Origin: Phoronis australis | Lineage: Eukaryota > Animalia > Phoronida | DNA length: 40,518 nt | Direction of reading: 5' to 3' | NCBI GenBank assembly: GCA_002633005.1 | Contig: NMRA01000412.1 | Coordinates: 34,774-75,291 of the forward strand | In this document: one piece after another, positions 1 through 11,054 of the stretch | Layout of the letters: every line of letters begins with the position of its first letter | How positions within the stretch are numbered: the first letter of the stretch is position 1 | The notes under the pieces: generated by a model | Seen by the model: only the letters and a program-made list of their open reading frames with translations | Told to the model about the DNA's origin: nothing | Databases searched by the model: none | Translations under genes and position numbers: made by a program

Positions 1-420
1 AATCGAGGTCTGGGTCTTTGGCACGGAAATCCTCAGCAATGGACAGAGCATCTTGAGGAGGAATACTAGTAAACAGGGCAGTAACATCAAACGACGTTAT
101 TATCTCATCCGGTTCCAGAACAAAATTCTTTAGTTTGTTCACAAAATCTTGAGTGTTGACAACATGATGGACGGTGTTCCCAACAAGAGGGCTCAAAATA
201 CTGGCAACATGTTTAACGATGTTGTAAGTTACTGATCCACAGAACGCGGGAGCAGTAGGTTCACTGGGAGGGAGTAATCTAAACTTAATTGTATCATTGA
301 AATCCCCCTTCTGATGTAGAGAGTTCACTAATTGTACCGCCTTCTTCCTAAACCCGTGGGTGGGGTTGTAGTTGTTAGATCTGTGAGTCGTAGCATCATT
401 TAGTAAACTTAGTCTAGACG
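1..420 (-). mobile_element. Penelope-like retroelement reverse transcriptase fragment, running off the window start
   Basis: Manual minus-strand translation: ...NDTIKFRLLPPSEPTAPAFCGSVTYNIVKHVASILSPLVGNTVHHVVNTQDFVNKLKNFVLEPDEIITSFDVTALFTSIPPQDALSIAEDF. 'SFDVTALFTSIP' and the preceding 'GSVTY...ILSPLVG...HVVNTQDFV' are typical of Penelope-like RT. The usual YGLPKIHK...RPI block between 'PAF' and 'GSVTY' is missing. Confidence 0.85.
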
Positions 421-934
421 CCAGAATAACGATAACGTCACAAGCCATGCTGAAGTCCTTGAGATGCGGACGCAATATCGCTAAATTTTGTAAGTTTTAA
501 TTCCAGTATTAGACTCAAACTTGATCTGTCAATCTTTAGTTTAGGTCACAGAACAAAAATAATTTTGCTTGGGATAAATTTGTTGTAATAATCGTCTCAA
601 TCTCAAATGTACTGCCAGTAGTTTTTACCAATATGTGAGTGATCAGCACTGCTTTTTATGAACTTCTAAGCCTATTTTGAGACCCTTTATGTAAAATCAT
701 GAGCAGTGTTTGGAATTTGAGAAATATAGAAATGTAAATATTGCATGTGTTCTTTAATTCATTTATCTTGAAAATTCAAATGTTGCGCAGATTTCAGTAT
801 CTCATATTTTGAAAATTCTTGATTTGGAGTTCTTAGCGAAGGAAAATTTTATGAGCTATTTAAAACAGGAAGCGTCAAATGAAATTTTAGCTCTACGAGA
901 AAGAAGACGCTTTTCAATTTCAAACAAAAACTAC

Positions 935-3900
935 GGTGATGTCTGTAAGTGACGCACTCATGAATCACTCGTCGGGCGAGGTTGGTGTCTCCAACTAACC
1001 AATACATTTTCCGAACCTCGAATGCTGTTCTGAGATGTCCTCCATACACTGTAAAGAGCAAGCCTGTGGTTCTCGCGTACAATCAGTAGGCTGATGGCGT
1101 ATGTCATAAGAAACAGGGTCTCTGTTGAGGCGGCCTCTGACACAATAGAAAGGGTTCAATTTCATCACGTTCGGGTCGCTAAAGTGGATTTCACGCTGAG
1201 CACCACGGATCCAATATAACTTAGCTTCTTTCATGCTCGCTTGGGACGGCCACTGTGTTACTTGAGTTAGTAGCTGCTTCAGCCGCTTAGACCTTGGTAG
1301 GTCTTTCAGAGACAGGATACGGGCACTCACCATCAGTAAACGTGACCAGCAGGAAAAGCTCTTAGGGTCGACGAATGGAGTATCGGTGAACTTGGCTGCA
1401 TAATACTGTGCTTTACGGGCGTGAAATTTCTTCTGTTCGCAGTCATCTGGGATCACAATCTTCTTGGGTGTGGTGGCCACTGGTCTGGTGGAAATCTCAG
1501 GTATTTGGGGCCATTGATGACTTGCTGCATCTCTGTAACAGTACATCCACGTGAAACGATATCGATGATGTTCTGTTTGCCAGGTACAAACCCCACTTCT
1601 GTCACAGGATCGAAAGCAGTCGTGATCTCTCCCACACGGTGGGCTATGTACGATTTGTATCATTTTGACTGGCCACGTAACCAACAAATGGCGGTAAGCC
1701 TGTCAATCCAGATCCTCCTGTATGCCACTTCGAATATCAAAGCGTTCTCTATAGTCACCATCAGACGAGACAGAAGTAAGATGGCTTGAAGCTCTTTCCT
1801 TGGCATACTGGACTGTTTCAAAGGGGTGAGCCTGGACCTCGCACATACGAATGTCAAATCTGCTTCATCGTCACTTGAATTTGAACAACGAAGCCAAACA
1901 CCCATTCCCATGGCATCTTCCGAAGCATCACTGGCCCCATGAAGAGAAACTTGGGACAACAGTTGACATCTCAACTTCACAGGAGCTGGCGTCTTGCAGG
2001 TCTCCGTTAATTCTCTACAGAATAGTGTAAACTTCGGTTTTTGGGTTAAGAGGGGTATCCCAGTCCATTTCAAATTCCCACAGTTTTTGCAACAAAATTA
2101 TGGGCCGGACCAGCATCCCAGACAGCATACCCAACACGTCGTAATATGAAGCTGTTCGTTGTAAAATATTCCGCTTGGTCGCAGAAGACACTTCACCCAT
2201 AACAGGTTTCACGCTAAGTGTGTCCGTCGGTAAGTTCCACTGTGTACCCAGAGCCAATACCTTGTCATCTGCCGGGTAGAAATTACTCTTCCCAAGGGTG
2301 TCGATGAGTCTCTATTTCAGCCGTTTCACTTCTTGTGCCGTCCTGCGTGACTCGCTAAGATCATAAACGTAGAACTGGTTGTGGACGACCTGTTGGAGGT
2401 CCTCGTCGTCCGGTGCGTTTTCAGCGACGACATGGTGCAGAGCAAAGATAGCTGCTGTTGGCGATGGTTTGTTCCCAAACGTCACGGTTGTCAATTCATA
2501 GACCTGGATTGGCTCGCTTGGATGTTTTCGGAAGACGTACTGATGGAAACTCGCATCTTCGGCAGATCTTGATAGCTTGTTATTACCCCAACTTCGTTTT
2601 CTCGAAAACGCCAGGCAACCACGAAGAGGTAGTTGTTGATATTTTTTCCTTTCGCTAGATAGTCATTCAAGGAGTGTCCCTCCAATCGTGCTTTGCAATT
2701 GTAAACCACGCACAGTGGTGTAGTAGTTGATTCCATCTTTACAGCAAAGTGATGCATTTTACGGCCTGCACGACGATCACTCTCGAGTTCTTCTTCTGAT
2801 ACCAGTCTGGCAGATTTGGTCCTCCATTTGCTGACAATAGGCTGCCCACTCACGCGGTCTGTTCTCCACATCCAGAAGGCGTTTCACGACATAGGGATAA
2901 TTATTTGGCAGACTTTCTGGAGACTTCTTCCAAGGTAGTCGGGTCTGGTACTTTCCATCATCCCGTTGCGTGACACTCTGTGCCGTTGAAGCAGTAGCGG
3001 CTGAATCTTGTTTCTCAGTGATATATTTGCAGGGTCTCGGAGCTAAACCTGCCCCTTCTATGCCTAGGAAGTCCTCCAGTTCACTGATGGCCGATATCTG
3101 GACGAAATGCATCAGCAGGTTGCATCGCACTTCATCATTTGAGCGTCCCCCCTGGACGTACCACCCAAGTGGGCATCTTGCACCAATGGGGTCGTCCGGC
3201 TTAGGTCCCTTGATGATGTCGGTTGGTGTGATCACATCTGAATTGTCTACACCTAGTAGTACATCAATCACGGCATTTGGAGCTTCGGTGATGTGGACAT
3301 CTCGCAGATGGTTATATTGCTGGACGTTAAAATTGGCGTGTCCCCACAAGGTTTCTTCATTTCAGAAAGTCGTACTTTGTGGATCAACTCTCCGTCAAGA
3401 CTCTTCAGAGCGCAGTCAACAATTCTCAGTCTTTGTTTGCTTGCATGTCCTCCAACAGTGGTGAGTTGGAATTCCTGCATACTATCACCATCGATAGATT
3501 TCGGGATGATTCCTTCTCTCAATAGAGAAGCTTGACTGTCTTGGTCAAAAAGAACACCCAGCAAATACTTCTTAGATCCCTGTCGTAGGTAGGCCATTAC
3601 TGAGGGAAGAATACAGAGTTCGGCATCCTTCATCCCGCTAGCGAATATGGATGTGGGGTTGGAATTAACCGGGTTGAACTCTGACGCACGAGTCTTCAGT
3701 CCAAGAGTGAATGTCCCTCTGTCGTGATTGACATACATGTAACCATCTATTCCATACACCACGGGACAGATCGAGGAGAAGTGTGTGTCTGTCTTGCACG
3801 TGTGAATCTGGCATGTTTCACGATATTGGCAGTTCTCATGGTTGAATGGATGTTTCCCTGCGACACAGTTGTTGTGTCCACATTTGTAACAGATGTTGTT

Positions 3901-4125
3901 TTTTCTCATGACATTGAATTTCTCTGCCATCTGGTAGGAGATTTCTTATTCTGTGTGTTAGTACTAACCGAATCGAATTTCCTTGACACGGAAAATCGCA
4001 AACGGTCTTGCCGGCTGTATTTCGCCTTTTTTCACCTTCCCCTAACAACAACGAATCAAATCTACTGCCTTCTTCTACCCTGTTTTAACCTAATGGCGTT
4101 AGGTAGTGACCCGGACACCAGTACA
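935..4125 (-). mobile_element. Decayed BEL/Pao LTR retrotransposon gag-pol (zinc knuckles, protease, RT, RNase H, start of integrase Zn finger)
   Basis: Frameshifted minus-strand ORF pieces in BEL/Pao order: Cys/His gag knuckles (CYKCGH...H..C....C....C...H...C), protease (VLFDQDSQASLL), 'IDVLLGVD...ARCPLGWYVQG', 'YQTRLPWK...LPNNY', RT (VTFGNKPSP; QFYVYD = degenerate YVDD), 'LGTQWN...TKRNIL...YDVLGML', RNase H (LHGASDASEDAMG; ARSRLTPLK...PRKELQA), then 'YWLVG...ARRVIHECVT'. Integrase core and LTRs not seen; boundaries approximate. Confidence 0.92.
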
Positions 4126-5834
4126 TGAGCCCAGTGAATGTTTTAGTTCATGCAAATAGTAGAGTGACAAGCGAAATGCAAAAAGTCGAATCTTCGAGTG
4201 ATTAAGTTCTTTCGAAGGGCTCGACTCCCAGTCGGTAATATTCGCCGTATTATTTCAACAAAAAATGTGTTCACGTGTGCTGGTTAATATTTGACCAGCA
4301 AATCGAGTGTGATGTGTATGGCACTTGATTCTGTACTTTCACTGTGCGGACTTCCAACCCTGATTGAAGATGTATTTGCATGCTCCTATAACCATGCTAA
4401 TGTATAGCAGAAACTAAACGACAATGCTATTTGAATAACATCTACGCCCAGCAATAAGCAATTCTTCAAATAGGTGACCTTTGCACTACTGACGTACCTT
4501 GGGGGCTCGCATAGCCCGCTTAATGTAGTGTTATTTTCCAACATCACGTCACGATACTTACTGAACACGGTTGAGTGATTTGTGGTTGATCATTTTCGAA
4601 ATGAAACTCGTTCTTAAAGACATTTGGCAATTTTCAACGTACTTCATGTTCACATTGTCCATATATGTTAGGTTTTCAACTAATTTGTCTAAGCAGCAAT
4701 AGAGCTCAGGCTTTAGCGTGCAAGTTCCACTTTAAGGGTTGCTTTACCGACCACGCCACAGTTAGTTGCCTCAAGAGTAAGCGGACCTTAGATAAGCTCA
4801 TTAAGTTTACATGATACCCCCAACTGGCACATTGCACTGGCCCTTATCCTTTGTTTCAAAAGGCCGAGCATCTAGTAACATGCTTTAACGTAACTTGCAC
4901 TTAATGCAGCTGGCTGACTCGAGCCTGTACACAATACATACATGTAGCGTATGGATGCCGTAGGCGATTAAACGTCTGGGGATGCCGAAGGTCGTCGAAC
5001 AGGCGATGAGCCTGTTGTGGGACTATTCGAACGATTTACTTTAAATGAATGCGTATGGAGACAGTTACCTGTGGGAATAGAAGATCTAACATAAATACAC
5101 ACACCTAAACTGCAGCCTAACAGCTGGTCACCTGATCAAAACGATTATTAAAACATTTTAATATGCAGTCAAGTAAATTACACTGGTAATAGGATTAATT
5201 TCAACCTAACTTTCAAGAATAAAAGACCAAAAACATAAAAATGTAGGAGTGCGTAGATTATTGTTTGCGACATACCAAAGATGATAAAAGGGTGATTTCA
5301 ACTCAAAGTTTCGGTTTCACACACATCTGCCCTGTGAATGTTCCCTAAATGAGTGCAGGTCTCAAAATGACTCGGGGAAAAGATCAGAATCAAATTGGAT
5401 GAGTGCTTGTATGTTAACATTTTATAAAGTCAGGGATTTTATTTGATGATATTTATTTTGACATTTCATATGTTTGACTATTTTATTAAAACAGTCCCGG
5501 CGCGGATTTGAGTTGGGAACCTTCGCGGTTGCAGTCTAACAGACTGGTTTAAAAGTCACTTGATAAACGACAGAGTATTTTATGGGTACTTAATTGATTT
5601 CAGCGTTTGTGTGGCAGACAACGGCTATAATGGGTGATTTGTAATATCATCCCAAACCTCTAATAACTTCAAAAATTCTACACCATTCAACAATGATCCA
5701 CGAAATTAGCTTTAAGATCGCACAACAAATAAAGTCCTTTTTAAGATATTAATGAAATAATACATTCGATATTACATTATGATTTCACAAAATATCTCCT
5801 AAAATTCGCCAAATGGTTAGGAGAATCAATATTC

Positions 5835-5840
5835 TTTATT
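5835..5840 (-). promoter_or_regulatory. Candidate polyadenylation signal (AATAAA) of the Kv channel gene
   Basis: TTTATT on + strand about 100 nt past the stop codon at 5944; AT-rich context, so it may be chance. Confidence 0.35.
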
Positions 5841-5943
5841 ATCACTTCCTAACTACTACTTAATAAACGTTAATCGTATTTTGCATTAAACAGTTATCAA
5901 GGAAAAAGTTCAGAAACAGAATAATTAGACAAAAAGACCTAGA

Positions 5944-6836
5944 CTAAGCTACTGTTGGTAATTCATTCTGGTCGTCTTCACAAACCACGTCAGTCCTGGA
6001 CGTCTGGTCCCGGTTACTTCGTGGTGCAAACTTTGTACTATTCAGCAAAATCTGCTTGCTGAAACGCCGAATATTCCGGGTTAACGTTTCTTGTCTCTCT
6101 TTGCCCGATGGACCAGATAGGTTGTTGGCGTTCATGTCTCCATCATTAAACTCTGCCCGTGACCTCGCATGTCCGTAAAACAGAAAGAAATTGCCAACGA
6201 CAACAGGCACAGTGAACGCAATAACAAGAACGCCACATATGGCGCACAGTGAGCCGACGACATAGCCCAACGGGGTCACAGGAACCATGTCTCCATACCC
6301 AACTGTTGTCATAGTAATCAAAGCCCACCAAAAAGATTTCGGAATACTAGTGAACTTTGTTGGATCATCAACATAATATATTATGGTGCTGAAAAGTAGA
6401 ACAAATACAAGTATAAATATACTCATCAATCCAATTTCTTTGATGCTCGTTTGGAATGTGTACGCGATAATCAAGGCCCCCTGATTTCTACTGAGAATGC
6501 GGAAAATGGGGAAAATTCGACATATTTGAAAAATGGCAAACACAATGTCTGCTTCATTGGTGACGTATTGACCTCCGGCGGCATAGTATGGCTCCAAGGC
6601 AATAGCCATTAATCCAAGAACGGAAACGAATTCTAAAATAGTCAACGGTTGGCGTAGAAAGGCTATTTTTTGTGGCGCAAACAAAAGACGTGCAGCGAGT
6701 TCCAGAACAAAGTAAGCAAGACAAAAATAGGTGATGTACTCCAAAACGGGGTTGGGTGCCTTGTAGTCACGCATGTCATCGGAAGGAGGCTTCGTCTTGT
6801 GAGGAGGCTTCGCTTCATGAGGAAGGGTTGAGCTGT
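5944..6836 (-). CDS. Shaw/Kv3-like voltage-gated K+ channel, last coding exon (end of S1-S2 loop, S2-S6, pore, C-terminus)
   Basis: Acceptor tttttcag|AC at 6837/6836, phase 1, in frame with ORF 6774-5944. Contains S2 (YFVLELAARLLFAP), S4-like RIFPIFRILSR, pore SIPKSFWWALITMTTVGYGDMVP and S6 GVLVIAFTVPVVVGNF; TAG stop at 5946-5944. Confidence 0.93.
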
Positions 6837-7104
6837 CTGAAAAATATATGTTCAGGTTTTGTAGGACCCTATTAACAAGACTTTGTATTTAGCCAAATAT
6901 ATGTGTTTACTTGACTATAAACTTTTACTCAGTAAAAGTGTCCGTTTTCAGAAAGTTCAGAGTCTGTAGAATTTCACTTTTTACCATTGCGCCATGAGCA
7001 GGAGAACAATAATTAACACAGAAATACATGTTCAAGATGATATCCAGAAACGATGTTGCAGTTTTCTAAAATGTCGCCTCGCTTTGGTTTTAAGTAACTA
7101 AACC

Positions 7105-7670
7105 TGTTGTGTTACTGTGATGCATTTATGACTCGTAGGCTTCTGGTCAAAACTGAAATCGAGGCAGCGATCTCGTCAACAGGCGGTGTACGTGTATGTG
7201 CAGTGCTGATCGAAGCCGGTGTGAAAAAGACAAGAGCTCATCTCCCGAGTATTCGCGTATGCAGTAGTAGCTAATTTAAGGGTGTGCAAAAGTGTGAAGC
7301 CCCCCCTCACGAGAATATCCACATGGCCGCCTCAAACGAGCAAATGTATATCTAGTGGGTGACATGAAATGACTGTTGACCTGGAAGCTCCCTGGTGGTT
7401 GGGAGAAAAGCAAAACGTCTGCAAACAAACTGCAGATTTTCCTTGTTAAAGGAATACTTCTCAAACTGTCCTTGAAAACATGTTTTATAACGCATGTAAA
7501 ACTCCGAGTTTGGAGAAAATATGAAACTTGAGTCTTACATATCCTGACGCTTACACGACTCTTACGTGAGTGCAATTAGTATATTGACCGATAAGTGACA
7601 CTATAGTATGATGCTGACTATAACGTCGAACGCCGGTCGAACAGATCTCGCTACAGTCCAACACGAAACA
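7105..7670 (+). repeat. Candidate 5' LTR of the intronic Ty3/Gypsy element, followed by a putative primer-binding site
   Basis: Begins TGTT at 7105 (preceded by AACC) and ends AACA at 7670, followed directly by TGGTGGCA (PBS-like). Its last ~25 nt (tctcgctacagtccaacacgaaaca) recur at ~12494-12519, followed by AACC. The 5' boundary is inferred from the TG start and 4-bp match only. Confidence 0.45.
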
Positions 7671-10117
7671 TGGTGGCAATGGTTTGTTGAACCCCACAGA
7701 CCCGCTCCCACTTCATTACTCTACCTGACAATTCCCATAATTTCTGTGAAAAGCTTGCGATACTATTTTACTACTCAACTGTTGTGTCTGAAAAATCCAA
7801 AATCGCGAACGCCTAGCCTGCACCCTGTCCACTGGCTATCGCAGGCATTAGACCCCTTCCCACCTAGGCGCACAGATCTTGTGCAACAATGCTGCTGAGG
7901 ACTGAAAGTCCTTCAAACAAAAATGGGGGTACTACTCAACCAATCATTCAACTTGAATTGAAACCAGCTCCTAACCAAGTGACACTTTTTCTCCACAGAA
8001 TATGTGAAGGGGCATTCAAGGTATACAATAGAAAAACAAGATTGAACACTGGACGAAATCTTCACCCGTTTCGATGAATTTGAAATCAAAAATGTGAACG
8101 AGACATATGAACGATGAGTGTTTAGCAGTGCAGGGTACATCTATCAGACGAAAACTTTTACTCCGCAATCAAAACCTGTAACTACTGTACAGATCGTCCT
8201 GGGCATCCGCAACGGCACTACGCAACTATCCTTTTTCAAGGAATCGAACCCAACCAGGAAAATGCATCTGCACATCACATGACGCCACGTCACAGAGATA
8301 GGCTATTGACACGCCACACACCAAGGTAAACAAAGTGTTCAATAGCCCTGCTCAACTCCCTCCAGAGAATGCCTATTTGAAAAATATGTTCGGTGTGCAA
8401 TCAGAAATATCATTTTGCTGATATGTGTCCCTTTGCTACCAGTACGCCCTATTCAGCTCTTCATACTCAGCCAGCTTCCCACGGTAACCGCTCCCGCTCA
8501 CATGGTTATCGACGATCCAAAGGACGTGTTCATGGCGTACAGGACGACGACCACTTCGAAGACTCTGAATGCGACTCTGATTTCAGTACTACTTGGCTCA
8601 AAGCTGTGGACACCACCTCGTCTACTCTTCGAAACAAGCCTGACAAAGTAAAGAAGACTCGGTGTCTGGTATCACAGTGAAGCTGACAGTGGCGCAACCT
8701 CCTGCATTATACCTCAGATAACTGTCTCTGAGATGTAACTTTCTTCTACCAAAAGACTCTTTGCATGTGCAATGAACAAGGACTTCAGCCACTGGGCTTG
8801 AATTGTCTCACACGATGCAACCGAAAGACAGAGAGGAAGTACTGAGTCCCCTTAATCGTAGTGAAGGAAGACTTCTCCTCACTATTCTCTCTTGTTTTAT
8901 CGACTGCGATGGACCTCATTACAGTTTCTCTGACGTCATCGATGGTGGACTAGGGACTTTTGCTGGAGACGTGCACCCTGAAGTAGACTCTCTAGTTCAA
9001 CCGGTTGCCATGCCTGCGCGTAAGGTCCCACTATCCGACCGAAACTGCAAGAAGATTTACCAAACTCACCGTCACCACTCCAGTGTATGAACCTACTCCC
9101 TGGGTCAACCAAATGGTGGTCGCTGAAAAGAAGAATTACAAACTTCGCACCTGCTTAGATCCTCGAGAATTAAATAAGGCCTTGCGAAGAGAACATTGCA
9201 CTCTACCCATACTGGATGAGCAAACTCACCAACTGGCCCGGTCCAAAATATTCACCAAAGTTGAGTTATCGTCAGCGTACTGGTTTGTGCAACTGGAGGA
9301 GCCAATCAGGAAGCTTATAACCTTCCAAACCTGTTTCGGTGACCGATAATGGGGGAACCGTCGGCATTTTGGCTTATTAGTCTGTTCCGAAATCTTTAGA
9401 AAGAAGAACGCGGATGCTCTCCTCGGTCTCCCTGCATTGTGTCCTGTACATCGCATGTGACGCTATCGTTCATGGACGCGATGAAGTTGAACAGGACACC
9501 AATCTCAGACGTTTCCTATGTCTCTGCCAAGAAAAGGGTATCAAGTTGAACAAGGGCAAATTCTCCCACAAGGTACCCGAACTTGCTTTAATGGGGCATG
9601 ATTTCTCTGTCTCTGGTATGCACCCTGGCCCTGACAAGGTCCAGGTCCTGACTGCAGTGCCGTTCCCTAAGAACGTGGAACAGCTCTACGATTTCTTGGA
9701 ATGGTTAAATAATTAGGAAAATACTTACCCAACCCGGCCTGTGTCAGCACACCACTGAGCATCTTCATGAAGAAGAACTTCCCGTGGACCTGATCAGACT
9801 GTCAAGAGACAGAGATACAGCCCATCAAGAAATTGGTCTCCGAGAATCCCCATTCCTTGCACTTTATGACTCCCACAAGAAACTAGTCTTAGAAAATGAT
9901 GATGGAAATTACCGTCTTGGCTCATGTCTACTCCAAGATGGGAGGTCCATAGCATGTGCGAGTCGCTCGCCCACTGACGCTGAATCGAGATACGCAGAGA
10001 TCGAGAAAAAGTTGCTGGCTGTTGTTTTCGAACTCGAGAAGTTCTATTACTTCACTTGTGGTTGCGAAGTCCAGGTTATCACAAACTACGAACCCCTCAT
10101 GGCGATCAAGTTCAAAC
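7671..10117 (+). mobile_element. Decayed Ty3/Gypsy LTR retrotransposon internal region (gag remnant, protease, RT, RNase H), antisense within Kv intron 2; cut by an assembly gap
   Basis: Knuckle remnant (CNQKYHFADMC, 8393), protease EADSGATSCII (~8680-8710), RT (PWVNQMVVAEKKNYKLRTCLDPRELNKALRREH...IFTKVELSSAYW...ITFQTCFG; YIACDAIVHG = degenerate YxDD), RNase H (LGSCLLQDGRSIACASRS...ESRYAEIEKKLLAVVF...VQVITNYEPL). Many stops and frameshifts. Confidence 0.92.
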
Positions 10118-10381
10118 NNNNNNNNNNNNNNNNNNNNNNNNNNNNNNNNNNNNNNNNNNNNNNNNNNNNNNNNNNNNNNNNNNNNNNNNNNNNNNNNNNN
10201 NNNNNNNNNNNNNNNNNNNNNNNNNNNNNNNNNNNNNNNNNNNNNNNNNNNNNNNNNNNNNNNNNNNNNNNNNNNNNNNNNNNNNNNNNNNNNNNNNNNN
10301 NNNNNNNNNNNNNNNNNNNNNNNNNNNNNNNNNNNNNNNNNNNNNNNNNNNNNNNNNNNNNNNNNNNNNNNNNNNNNNNNN

Positions 10382-10418
10382 CTCTCTCTCTCTCTCCCTC
10401 TCTCTCTCCCTCTCTCTC
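10382..10418. repeat. (CT)n microsatellite at a contig edge
   Basis: ctctctctctctctccctctctctctccctctctctc directly after the N gap. Confidence 0.95.
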
Positions 10419-10497
10419 CTGTCGTACGTGATGTCATATTTTAAAGGTACCGTTCCCACAAGTACTGTAATCAAGGTCTTGAATGATTTAATTTTAC

Positions 10498-10669
10498 CTG
10501 TTGAGTAATCTTCGTAATCGTCGTCATCGTAGGCTAGGTGGCTTTCAGGAACGCCATGATAATCAGCCCAGTCAGACAGCGTCATGTTCCTCTTCAACTC
10601 CGGCACGGTCTCGAGACAGAACGCCACTACGGACAATAGAACCACCAACGTGGATATCCCGGCTAACAT
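10498..10669 (-). CDS. Kv channel middle exon, copy A (S1 and S1-S2 loop); duplicate of 12791-12962
   Basis: 172 nt, acceptor tctttcag|ATG, donor ACAG|gtaaaa; encodes MLAGISTLVVLLSVVAFCLETVPELKRNMTL...YDDDDYEDYST; phase 0 in, phase 1 out. May be an allelic or misplaced copy. Confidence 0.6.
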
Positions 10670-10960
10670 CTGAAAGATGAGGAATATGCTTTTCTGTAAA
10701 TTTCCAGTTAAGTCAATCAAGGTGGCGCGTCCACAACAATATGGTTATTACGTTGGACGTGTGTATATTTCACGGGTACGTTGCGTAGGCCCAAAGCTTA
10801 CAAAAAAGCAACGACCCCAAGAATCACGCGAGTGAAAAACAAGCCAGGGTTTCTCGAGTATGCTCGAAAGCTTATGATATACATGTACTTCTACAACGAC
10901 TCAAACGTACATGAAATCCACTGTAGTAGACAGACATATAGGTATACGTGTCTCTCTGTG

Positions 10961-10963
<3 letters not shown>

Positions 10964-10995
<32 letters not shown>

Positions 10996-11021
10996 CATAC
11001 ATACATACATACATACATACA

Positions 11022-11054
<33 letters not shown>
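10964..11054. repeat. Compound (TA)n/(TACA)n microsatellite
   Basis: Visible directly; accounts for the IYIYI/YIHT translation in ORF 10781-11059. Confidence 0.95.

Noticed and set aside
4730-5555. tRNA-like pieces on the minus strand (A-box-like GTGGCGTGGTCGGTAAAGC near 4740-4762; TAGACTGCAACC...CTCAAATCC near 5496-5545)
   Set aside because: No complete cloverleaf and the boxes are degenerate. At most old tRNA-derived SINE heads; not supportable as genes.
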